NCBI GenBank assembly: GCA_037045185.1
Contig: JBAOHQ010000007.1
Coordinates: 168,212-232,211 of the forward strand
DNA from: Ilumatobacteraceae bacterium
GTDB lineage: Bacteria; Actinomycetota; Acidimicrobiia; Acidimicrobiales; Ilumatobacteraceae
Reading direction: 5' to 3'
Length of the DNA: 64,000 bases
Shown here: piece after piece, positions 37,428 to 46,445 of the stretch
Layout of the letters: each line of letters starts with the position of its first letter
Position numbering within the stretch: position 1 is the stretch's first letter
The notes under the pieces: generated by a model
What the model saw: the letters and a program-made list of their open reading frames with translations, nothing else
The model's database searches: none
Told to the model about the DNA's origin: nothing
Translations under genes and position numbers: made by a program

Positions 37428-40400
37428 ATGACCAGGACCGGACCCCGCCCCCCTGACCGCCCGGACCGGCGCGGTGAGCGCCCCGACCGCCCTGACCGCC
37501 CTGATCGCCGGCCTGATCGTCCGGACCGGCCGGACCGTCCGGACCGGCCAGACCGGCCGGCGATCCCGCCGGTGACCGGCGGCGAGTTGCCGACGGTCGA
37601 CGTCGCCCTGCTGGGCACGCCCTTCGCCGATCTCGTCGACGACTCGCCGCTGTTGCTGATGCCGGTGCGGGTCGAGACCCGCTACCGGCTCGACCGCGAT
37701 CCGGCGCAGTTGCTGGTGCGCATCTACCCCGACCAGATCCACATCCGTCACGGCATCGCCCCGCCGACCGACGCTGAGCGAGTCGCCGTCCACGAGTTCT
37801 GGAACGACGTCCACGCCGGCGGTGAGGCGGCACGCGCCCGCGGCGTGGCAGCGGTTGTCGGCGCGCACCGGCCACCGGCGCGCGGCCCAGCTGGCCCAGC
37901 GCCACCGCCCGACGCGCCTCGTCGACGGTGGGTTGGAGTTTCCGCCCCCGCAGGCGCCACCAGCAGGTGACGCCGAGACCCACGCCGCGCTGCTCCCCGG
38001 GCAATGGGTCGTGACCGGCTACGACGACGACGGGACTCGACTGTTCCGGGTCGGTAGCCGCCCGGTGAGCCGGGCCTTGCGCACCGGCCCGTCGGCCAGC
38101 GCCCCCACCTGGGACGTCGGCGGAACCGGCGTGGTGGTCGACGAGGCGCTGGCCTGGATGGTCGACTTCGATCGGGCCGTCAGCGAGGGGATGGCGGTGG
38201 CCATCACGCTCACCGGCGCCGCGGCGGGCGCGGCGACGGGCGTCGCCACGCTCGTGGTGGTCGGTGTCGACGCCACGCTGTCGCCGGACGAGGGGGCTGC
38301 GCAGTTGACCGACCTGCTGGCCGCCCACCGGGACACCGACGGTCTGGCCTTCGTTCCCCAGGGGACCCCGACCAACAGCACCGACGTCGCGGTGACCACC
38401 TGGTCGTCCACCCCCGCGGTGGCGGTGCCCGGGCTGCGTCTGGTCCCACCGGAGCTGCCCGGCCCGGTCGGCGGTCCCGGCATCCCGGGTGGTGTGCCCC
38501 CGCTGCCTGTCGTGGACAACGCCACCCGCCTGGCGCGCCTGCTCGGCCTTGGCTCGGGCACCCCGTGGCGAAGCCTGAGCGGCGGCGCCGTCGACGAGTT
38601 CGGCGACGCCCAAGCGATGCGCATCGCGCTGTTCGAGACCACCATGGGCGTGTGGGCCAGGCGCCTGCTGGAACTCGACGGGCAACCGGGCATCGAGGCC
38701 GCGGCGGTGGACGAGCTGCGCCGGTGGTTCGTCGATCACGTCGTCGGTGGGGCCCCGGTGCCCACCATCCGCGTGGCCGACCAGCCGTATGGGATCCTTC
38801 CGGTCCGCCCACCGGTCGACGACCCCGACGAGAGCACCACGCCGGGGCGCGTCGAGCACCTCGTCCGCCTCCTGCAGCCGTGGTGGGAGGCGGCAGCCGG
38901 TCGGGTGCCGTCGATCGATCACGGCGACACGGACAGCTCCACCGACGCACCGGTCGAGACCGCCCTGGCCACGATCCTGGCCACCCAGCCGCATCCGGCG
39001 AGGTGGCTGTCCCGCCGGTTGGAGGACTTCGACGACCTCGACGGCGTCGAACGCCTGCTGACCCCGCAGTCGTTCTACGAGGTGGCTCTGCAGGCGCTCA
39101 GTTCGGCGACGAACCCGGCGTTCGGGCCGCCGATCTCGTATGTCGCCGACCTCTACGCCTCGCTGAACGGCGACGGCCAGAACTACGAGATCGAGGACCA
39201 GGTGGCGCTGTGGAGCCAGATGCACCGTGAGTTCCCGGACTGGCTGGCCGACCGCGGTCTCACGGATGAGGATGGCGCGGGCCTGGGATTCATCAGCGGG
39301 GTCCGCGGCGTGGTCGAGGCCTACGAGAGCCGCCAATACCCGCTGCCGCTGCTCGACATGGCACGGCGCGGGGTCGCCCTCGGCCGGCGAGTGGTCGGCC
39401 CGGACGGTCCCACGGTGGAGACGCCACCGAACAACGAACTGATCCAGGCGATGATGTACGGGTCCGTCGTCGAGTGGGGAGCGGCCGGGCTGGTCGAGGG
39501 TGCCGGGGCGTCGGCGGCCGAGTACCTGGCGGACCTCCGCGACGCCTTCGCCCAGCGCGACGCCGCCCGCACGCCCAGGTCACGGCTGGCCGCGGAGTTC
39601 CTGGCCGCCCCGCCGCTGCTGTACCAACTCCTCTCCGCCACCGCGGCGACGGTCCCCGCCGATGCGGCCATCGAGGGCGAGTACACCGGCGCCCTCGAGC
39701 GGCTGGCGGCACTGCACCCCGACCAGCTGGCCTGGCAGCTGGGCGAGACGCTCGGTCTCGGTACGCACCGGCTGGACGCCTGGAACACCTCGCTGGCCGC
39801 CCACCGCCTCGACCACCTGCGCGACACCGGCGACGGCGGCGTGCAGATCGGGGGATACGCCGTCCTCACCGACCTGGTGCCTGCCGCAGGTGGCTCGCCG
39901 AGCCAGGGGTACGTCCACGCACCGTCGATGGCTCAGGCGGCGACCGCGGCGATGCTGCGCGCCGGGTTCCTGGCCCACGGCGACGCCGAGTCCAGCTCGG
40001 CCTACGCCATCGACCTGTCGTCGCGGCGGGTCCGTGACGCCCGCTGGCTGCTCGACGGGATCTCGTCCCGCCAGCCACTGGGCGAGCTGCTCGGCTGCCG
40101 CTTCGAACGTGAGCTGCACGACGCCGGGCAGGACCTCTTGATCCGCCCGGTGCGCCAGGCGGTGCTGGCGGCACAGGGCAGGTCACGGGCGTCGCTCGAC
40201 CGGCCCGTCGACGGCGTGGAGCTGCTCGACCTGACCCGCTCCGGCGCGGTGGTCCTCGAGCCCGGTGCCGCCGCCGCGCTCGCCGCGGTGGAGGCATCGT
40301 TCGACGCGGCGAACGACCTGGCGATCGCCGAAGGTGTCCACCAGGTGGCGGCAGGCAACTACGCCAGGGCCTCGGCGATCCTGGACACCGTTGCCACCGG

Positions 40401-41805
40401 TACGGCTCGGCCGCCGCGGCCCGAGGTGGTGGAGACACGGCGCTCCGGTTCGTCGATCGAGCACCGCCTCGTCGTCCTCCTGGCCGCCGACGCCCCGGCG
40501 GATGGGCGGTGGCCGAGCGCTCCGCGGATCGGGTGACGCCACACGTGGCGCGATGGGCCGCCGGTCTGCTGCCCGACCCGCAGGACGTCGGGTTCACCGT
40601 GGTCGACGGCGGGAAGCGCACCGGCCGGCGATTGGTCGAGCTCGGCCTCGGCGTGCTCGACGCGGTGTTCCTGGTGAGCGACGACCCGGGACAGGCCGGC
40701 GGGGCGCTGGCGACGCTGATCCGCTGCATCAGCGGCGTCCCGGTAGCGGCCACCATCGACCTCACCGACCGGGGCTCGGCGCCGTACTCGCTGGCCGAGT
40801 TCGCCGTGGCTTGTGTCGAACTGCGCCGCATCCTGGACACCTCCCGCCCCGCCGACGCTCGTGACCTGCGCCACGCCCACGACAGCGGGTGAGCCCGACA
40901 CCGATGCCGCGGCGATCACCACGGCGGTCGACTTGGCAGTCGGGGCGTTCGGCGCGGCGACCGACACGCTGGCCGCAGCGCTCATCACCGGCGACCGGAC
41001 CGCGCTCGTGGCGGCAGCGGCAGGCCTTGCCCGCTACGGGCTGGGGTGCTCCGGCGACCCCGGCGACGTGGCGGTGGCTCGGGCGCTGCTCGACCGGTCC
41101 ACGGCGACCCAGCAGCGGATCATCGAGACCACCACCGATGCCGAGCGGGTCACGGTGCTGTTCTCCCACGCGGTGCCGTTGACGCCCAGCTTCACCCTCG
41201 ATGCCGTCGTTGCCGACGCCGTCGCCGTTCCCGATCAAGCCCTGGCGGACGCGGACACCGTGGAGCGATGGTTGGACGAGATGGGCCGGGTCCGCCCGGC
41301 GGTGGGCAGGCTGACCCACGTCGGCCTGCTGGCTGACACGTTCGGGTGTACCGGGTGGCGGGCCGTCGCCGGTCAGACGCCCCGCCTCGATGGTGAGGGG
41401 TGGGCTGCGGTAGCGCGACCGGCCGACCCTGGAACCAGGTTGTCGTGCACCTACCTGGTGGCCGACACGATCCCCGGGCGCGGCAGCAGGGCGTGTGGGC
41501 TGGTCGTCGACCGCTGGGTCGAGGCGATCCCCGACCCGCTGCAGACCACCGGTGTCGCCGTGCACTTCGACGCTCCCAGCAACCAGGCGCCCCAGACGTG
41601 CCTGCTGGCGGTGCTGCCGGCGAAGGCCTCGTGGGACATCGACGTCGTCCACGACCTGGTGCTGGACACGATGGCCTGGGCGAGACGACGCGCGGTGGTG
41701 GCCGAGGATCTGGTGGTGCCAGGCCGGTCGATCCCGAGCACCTTCGTGCCCGGATCGATCGTCGCCTGGCCGGACGAGGCGGTCGCCGCGGAAGGTGGTG
41801 GCTGA
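37428..41805 (+). CDS. Cluster gene D: giant uncharacterised protein (about 1458 aa) with an N-terminal (PDR)n repeat; 3 frame breaks as sequenced
   Basis: ATG 1 nt after the gene C stop. Blocks LLLMPVRVETRY and LLVRIYPDQIHI. The coding path runs through tracked ORFs 37299..37970, 37822..40536, 40509..40892 and 40813..41805, with breaks at about 37839, 40513 and 40869. Confidence 0.6.
37452..37556 (+). repeat. Imperfect 9-nt coding tandem repeat (CCN GAY CGN = Pro-Asp-Arg, 11 units)
   Basis: PPDRPDRRGERPDRPDRPDRRPDRPDRPDRPDRPDRP, read directly from the nucleotide repeat CCGGACCGG/CCTGACCGC. Confidence 0.85.
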
Positions 41806-43478
41806 TGGCCTGGTGGACTCGCCTCGAGGGCATGGGCCGCAGCGACGCGCTCACGCCCGGGTTGGAGGCCCGCGTCGCCGACCCGTTGTGGATGCTTGCT
41901 CGCCAATGGCAGATCGGCGAGCTTCGTGGTGACGACGCCGCCCGACCTGTCGGCATGACGGTCTCGACTCGGTCGGCGTCGATCAGCGAGGTCAGCGGAC
42001 CGGCCGGGTCGCTGGCCGCCGACGCCGCCGTGCCGATGGAGTACGTGGTCGAGCGCCGACCGCGCCCCTCGTCGGGTCACGCCGCGACGCACGACGCAGT
42101 GCGCCTCGGCCACCGCTTGGTGCGGATGCTGGCCAACGCCGGCTTCGCCGGGGCGCGCCCGGCGCTGGCCGAGGCGTTCCCCAGCGCGCCTCCCGACGAC
42201 GGCATGACCCTCACCGGGCTCGCCGCGGCGACGGAGGCGCTGCTCGTCAGGCTGGGCATCGACGGCGCAGCAGTGCTCGATGCGCCGGACACGGCGGTGC
42301 GCGCCGTCCTGGCCGCCGCGGTGGCGCGGGCGGATCTGCCCGCGGCGATGACGGTGGTGGGCGAATGGCGGGCGTGGTGCCTGTCGATCGGCGCCGGGCG
42401 GACCCTGGAGGCGTGGGACGACGAGCAGCTGGCGTACCGGTTCAGCGCCTCCACGGAGCCGCGCCGTGAGGGCATCACCCTGCGTGCGCCATCCCACGAC
42501 GGTGGGCTGCTCGACTGGTTCAGCTTCGACCTGCGCGGCGCGGCCGGTCAGCGGGAGCCCTCCGGTCCCGTCACCACGGTGTCGATGCTGCCCACCCCGG
42601 TGCGCTTCCGCGGGCAACCCGCCGAGCGATGGTGGGAGTTCGAGGACGCGGCAACCAACCTCGCCGACATCGACGCCGGCCCGGCGGATCTGGCCAGGAT
42701 GCTCGTGGCCGAGTACGCCGTCGCCTACTCGGCGGACTGGTTCGTGCTCCCGGTGCGCGTCCCCGTCGGCACGCTGACCGAGGTGGTCGAGATGCGCGTC
42801 GTCGACAACTTCGGTGACGTGACAGAGGTTCGCTCGGTTGCCGACGTCGATCGCCGAGCCGGCGGGGAGCGGGTATGGCGGATGTTCGAGCTCACTGGCG
42901 ATGAGGTCTCCGGCGCCCACCGGTCGCCGTGGTTGTTCGTGCCGTCGACGGTGCACGGCGACCTCACGGGCGACGCGCTGGAGCAGGTGGGCCTGGTGCG
43001 CGACGAGGGCGCCAATCTGGTCTGGGCGGTCGAGCGCCTCGTGGAAGGCCCGGCCGGGCGGGCCCTCAACCGCCGGCTGCTGGCCGGCGCGCCGTCCCCG
43101 GCGACCGTGGAGCTGGGCCACGTGGAGCAGTCCTCGGCGTGGACGTATCACCTGGAGTCCGGGGTGCCACCCGCGTTCTGGATCCCGTTCGTGCCCGAAC
43201 GGATCAGCGAGGGCAGCGCCGAGGTCCGCCTTCGCCGGGCGCGCCTGTCACAGTGGTCCCTCGTGGCCGATGCCGGGCCGCGCAGCGAGCTGCTCGACCC
43301 GAGCGGGCCACGCTGGATCCGTGAGGAGCAGGTGCCGGCCAGCGGTGTGCAGGTCGAGCGGCGCTGGCGTTATGCGCGTGGTCACGATGGCACCGGCCAC
43401 CTGTGGCAGCAGTTCAGCGTCACCCCGGCCAGCGGCCAGCGCTCCAGCGGCCTGCGCTGGGACCTGCTGGACGGCTGA
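41805..43478 (+). CDS. Cluster gene E: uncharacterised protein (557 aa)
   Basis: Intact ORF. ATG overlaps the gene D stop (TGATG). Blocks DPLWMLARQWQIGELRGDD and ERWWEFEDAATNLADIDAGPADLARMLVAEYAVAYSADWFVLPV. Confidence 0.75.
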   Translation: MAWWTRLEGMGRSDALTPGLEARVADPLWMLARQWQIGELRGDDAARPVGMTVSTRSASISEVSGPAGSLAADAAVPMEYVVERRPRPSSGHAATHDAVRLGHRLVRMLANAGFAGARPALAEAFPSAPPDDGMTLTGLAAATEALLVRLGIDGAAVLDAPDTAVRAVLAAAVARADLPAAMTVVGEWRAWCLSIGAGRTLEAWDDEQLAYRFSASTEPRREGITLRAPSHDGGLLDWFSFDLRGAAGQREPSGPVTTVSMLPTPVRFRGQPAERWWEFEDAATNLADIDAGPADLARMLVAEYAVAYSADWFVLPVRVPVGTLTEVVEMRVVDNFGDVTEVRSVADVDRRAGGERVWRMFELTGDEVSGAHRSPWLFVPSTVHGDLTGDALEQVGLVRDEGANLVWAVERLVEGPAGRALNRRLLAGAPSPATVELGHVEQSSAWTYHLESGVPPAFWIPFVPERISEGSAEVRLRRARLSQWSLVADAGPRSELLDPSGPRWIREEQVPASGVQVERRWRYARGHDGTGHLWQQFSVTPASGQRSSGLRWDLLDG

Positions 43479-43481
43479 GGG

Positions 43482-44000
43482 TCAGCCTGTCAGCGCCGCG
43501 ACGATCTGGTCGAAGACCTGATCGGCGTAGGCGCGCATCTCCTCGTCGGTGCGGTCCTGCACCGGATGCGCGGTGAACACCCTGGCCACACCCGGCATGC
43601 CGAGGGACGCGGCCTGGGCCTCGGCCCCGTCGACGAAGGGCGCCGAGGCGACGCACACCGTCGGCACGCCGCGGGACTCCAGATCAACGGTGTCGTGCAC
43701 ACTGCACGACGTGCAACTGCCTCAATCGGCGAGCGCCTCGATCACCATCGTGCAGGTCGTGGCGATCTCATGGCGAAGATCGACCGGGGCCGGCTTGGTG
43801 AAGGTGGGCTTGCGGAACCGGCGGGTGGTGACGCCCAGCTGCCCGAGCCGTTCCTCGATCCGGTCGAGGAAGACGTCACCACGCAGCTTGGAGATGTCCA
43901 GCAGGCCGACGACCTGGCCGTCCAGCGTGGCCGGGCGGGGCGTGATCGAACGCTCGGCGGGGCGGCGCTCGCCGGTGGGATCCAAGACGATGCGGCTCAT
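43482..44000 (-). CDS. UGSC family selenoprotein (in-frame UGA = selenocysteine)
   Basis: Tracked ORFs 43722..44000 and 43482..43700 are in the same frame, separated only by TGA (43722-43724). The read-through sequence is EALAD-U-GSCTSCSVHDTVDL, which is the family-defining UGSC motif. Confidence 0.8.
43692..43710 (-). promoter_or_regulatory. SECIS-like hairpin 11 nt downstream of the UGA codon
   Basis: mRNA GUCGUGCA-GUG-UGCACGAC, a perfect 8-bp stem with a G/U-containing apical loop. Confidence 0.6.
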
Positions 44001-44022
44001 GGCAACTCCTTCGCGTCGGGTC

Positions 44023-45459
44023 TCATGATGTCACGACCGTGGTGACGGGTTCGGATCCCATCGCGCCGCCGGCCCAGCCGCCGATGATGGCCGAGAACAG
44101 CCCGGCGTCGCCCCCGGCATGGACGATGAGCAGCCCGTCGGGCCGGAACTTCGGCAGCGACGGGGCCTCGGCGAGGAACTCGGGCATGCCGTCGGCGATG
44201 CCGTCGACGCCGGGCATCCACGCCGCGCCCGGCTTGGCGCAACGGGCGATCAGTTCGCCGTGCGCACGCGCCCGGTCCCAACCAGCATCGGCGAAGATCC
44301 TGGCGTGCTCGGGCCCGACCACGAGCATGGCGTCGAACGCCATCGCCATCTTCGGTGTGTGCACATGCAACAGCTCGCTGGCGAAGACGGCGATCAGCTG
44401 CTCGGGCGTGCGCGCCTTCTGATCCACGACGCAGCGCGGTCCCTCGCCGGCGAACACCGTCACTGCGTTGGCGCCCGGGTCGACGCCGCGGCTGACCGCC
44501 AGCGAGCTGAACGGTGAGTCGTGCTCCCGCTCGGCGAAGCACAAGCCGATCTTGCCGGGGTTGCCGTGGGTGGCCCGGTCGATGCCGCCGACGCCCGGCC
44601 GCCCGCCACCCACGTTGCGGACCACCAGCTGCACGGCCCGCCCGATGGTCATGTTCGCCCGGGTCCCCTGGCCCAGCGCGTTCGACGCGCCGTTCAGACC
44701 GATGGCCGCAGTGCCCGGCCCGTTGCACACCACGACCGGACCGACCGGCATGGTGGTGCACAGGACGCCGTGCATGTTGAACTGCTCGTTGCAGACGGCC
44801 TCCACGGCGGCCAGCACCCACGGGAAGTACTCGGGCAGGCAGCCGGCCATCACCGCGTTGATCGCCACCTTCTCCACCGTCACCGCCACGAGGTCGGGGG
44901 CCACGACGGCCACCACCTCGCCCGGGTCACGGGTGGTGCCGGTGAGCATCCGCAGCACCCGCTCGGGTGTGGGCGGGACCACGGGCAGGCCGTCGCTGAT
45001 CCCGCGGGCGAACATCGCCTCGAACTCGTCCTCGGCGTCGGCGATCTCGATCCGCCGGGAGCGCAGCACGTCGCCGCTGAACCTGGCGCGCAACTCGTCG
45101 GCCAGATCGGGGTCCACGCTGAGCGACCCGCACCCGGGCCGCATCACCGGCAGGTCTCCGCCGAGGTCGGCGATCCCGGTGATCCGCTGCCAGTCGGCGC
45201 GCAGCCAGCCCTCGGTGCGCTCCACCTCGGCGCCGTCGACGACGCGCAGCAACGTGGGGACCGTCTCGATGTCGTAGTGCCAGCTCACCGCGAGATCCTC
45301 GTCGTGGATCGCCGTCACCGTGGCCGGGAACGCCGGATCGTCCTGGGTGTAGACCGTCGCGGCGAACCGGGCCAGCAGCGGCTCGACCATCTGGCAGGTG
45401 GCGCACTCCCGCTTGACGACGACGACCAGCCCGTCGGCCAGCGCCGGCCGGCCGCTCAT
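44023..45459 (-). CDS. Thioredoxin-like (CxxC) domain fused to an uncharacterised conserved domain
   Basis: Start at MSGRPALADGLVVVVKRECATCQ (CATC redox motif), then GISDGLPVVPPTPERVLRML. The stop of the upstream hydrolase gene overlaps this start (ATGA). The tracked 787-aa ORF N-terminus is an out-of-frame overlap. Confidence 0.65.
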   Translation of the reverse strand: MSGRPALADGLVVVVKRECATCQMVEPLLARFAATVYTQDDPAFPATVTAIHDEDLAVSWHYDIETVPTLLRVVDGAEVERTEGWLRADWQRITGIADLGGDLPVMRPGCGSLSVDPDLADELRARFSGDVLRSRRIEIADAEDEFEAMFARGISDGLPVVPPTPERVLRMLTGTTRDPGEVVAVVAPDLVAVTVEKVAINAVMAGCLPEYFPWVLAAVEAVCNEQFNMHGVLCTTMPVGPVVVCNGPGTAAIGLNGASNALGQGTRANMTIGRAVQLVVRNVGGGRPGVGGIDRATHGNPGKIGLCFAEREHDSPFSSLAVSRGVDPGANAVTVFAGEGPRCVVDQKARTPEQLIAVFASELLHVHTPKMAMAFDAMLVVGPEHARIFADAGWDRARAHGELIARCAKPGAAWMPGVDGIADGMPEFLAEAPSLPKFRPDGLLIVHAGGDAGLFSAIIGGWAGGAMGSEPVTTVVTS

Positions 45460-46328
45460 CGGAGATGCTCGAGGACGAGGGCGTTCACGGCCGCCGGCTG
45501 TTCGACCTGCAGGAAGTGACCGGCGCGGTCGACGACTTCCCAGCGCACGTTGGGCGGCGAACTGGCCCGGGCGGCATCGACGATCTCGACGCCCATGCAC
45601 CCGTCGGTGCGCCCGTGGATGTACAGCATCGGTTGGGTGGGGATGGCGAAGCAGGCTGCCTGCACGTCGGCCAGGCCGGGGTCCACGTAGCCGGCGCCCA
45701 GCGTGGCCCGGTAGTAGCCGAGCGCGGCGGCCAGGTGGGCCGGGTCGCCCAGCGCGTCCTTGACCCGGGCCGCGTCGGCGGCGCCGTCGTAGCCGGGTGA
45801 CCAGTCCGACCACAGCATGTCGATGAACGCCAGGTCGTTGGCCGGCACGATCATGTCGGCCAGCGGGCTCTGGAAGAAGAACATGTACCAGCTGCGCTTG
45901 AGCTGGCCGAGGTCCCCGAGCAGTGCTGCCCCGGCTGCCGGGCCAGGTGGCACCGCCATGGTCACGATGCGGCGCCAGCGGTCCGGGGCGTGCACCGCCG
46001 CCCCGGTGGCGGCCATCGCCCCCCAGTCGTGACCGATGACGACCGCGTCGTCGCCACCACCGAGGGCCTCGTGCAGGGCGATGGCGTCCATCGCCAGGAC
46101 GCCGGTCTGGTAGCGCCCGTCGGCCGGCACCGCACTGGGTGCGTAGCCACGCTGGAAGGGCGCCACCGCCCGGAATCCGCCGTCCGCAAGGTCGTCGAGC
46201 AGGAAGCGCCACGAATGGGCGGTGTCGGGAAAGCCGTGCAGGCACAGGGCCAGCGGGCCGCTGCCCTGCTCCAGGTAGGCCAGCTCGGTGTCGTTGACGA
46301 CGACGGATCGCAGCGTTGGCGCGGACAT
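45456..46328 (-). CDS. Alpha/beta hydrolase (epoxide-hydrolase/haloalkane-dehalogenase-like)
   Basis: LCLHGFPDTAHSWR, the nucleophile elbow IGHDWGA, and a C-terminal AGHFLQVEQP. Confidence 0.85.
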   Translation of the reverse strand: MSAPTLRSVVVNDTELAYLEQGSGPLALCLHGFPDTAHSWRFLLDDLADGGFRAVAPFQRGYAPSAVPADGRYQTGVLAMDAIALHEALGGGDDAVVIGHDWGAMAATGAAVHAPDRWRRIVTMAVPPGPAAGAALLGDLGQLKRSWYMFFFQSPLADMIVPANDLAFIDMLWSDWSPGYDGAADAARVKDALGDPAHLAAALGYYRATLGAGYVDPGLADVQAACFAIPTQPMLYIHGRTDGCMGVEIVDAARASSPPNVRWEVVDRAGHFLQVEQPAAVNALVLEHLR

Positions 46329-46445
46329 GGTGCCGAACGTAGCGGGCGGCCGTCCTCGCCGAGGTACCGGGTGCGACGAACGTCACGCCGGCGGCACTGC
46401 GACTCGCCAGCCGGATCGTCCTAACGTGATCGGGGAGGGGGACCC

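Noticed and set aside
37440-37565. Short tandem repeat as a non-coding microsatellite or CRISPR-like array
   Set aside because: The period is 9 nt and in frame with the gene D ATG at 37428, encoding (PDR)n. It is continuous with a conserved protein sequence downstream.
35884-39336. 1150-aa minus-strand ORF, the longest in the track, across genes C and D
   Set aside because: It is antisense to the protein-like plus-strand path. Its composition is dominated by R/G/P/A runs with no recognisable motifs. This is a typical shadow ORF of a 70% GC genome.
27666-43478. Interpretation of genes A-E as a contractile injection system, T6SS, Tc toxin or BREX/DISARM-type defence island
   Set aside because: I could not find sheath, tube, baseplate, VgrG/PAAR, RHS/YD repeat, AAA+ or helicase P-loop, or methyltransferase motifs. 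The phosphatase-like gene is PhoD-type rather than PglZ-type by its motifs. I therefore left it unclassified rather than forcing a label.
44023-46386. 787-aa minus-strand ORF
   Set aside because: Only the C-terminal 478 aa, from MSGRPALADG at 45459, look like real protein. The N-terminal part is an out-of-frame overlap of the alpha/beta hydrolase gene (45456..46328), which has clear family motifs in its own frame.
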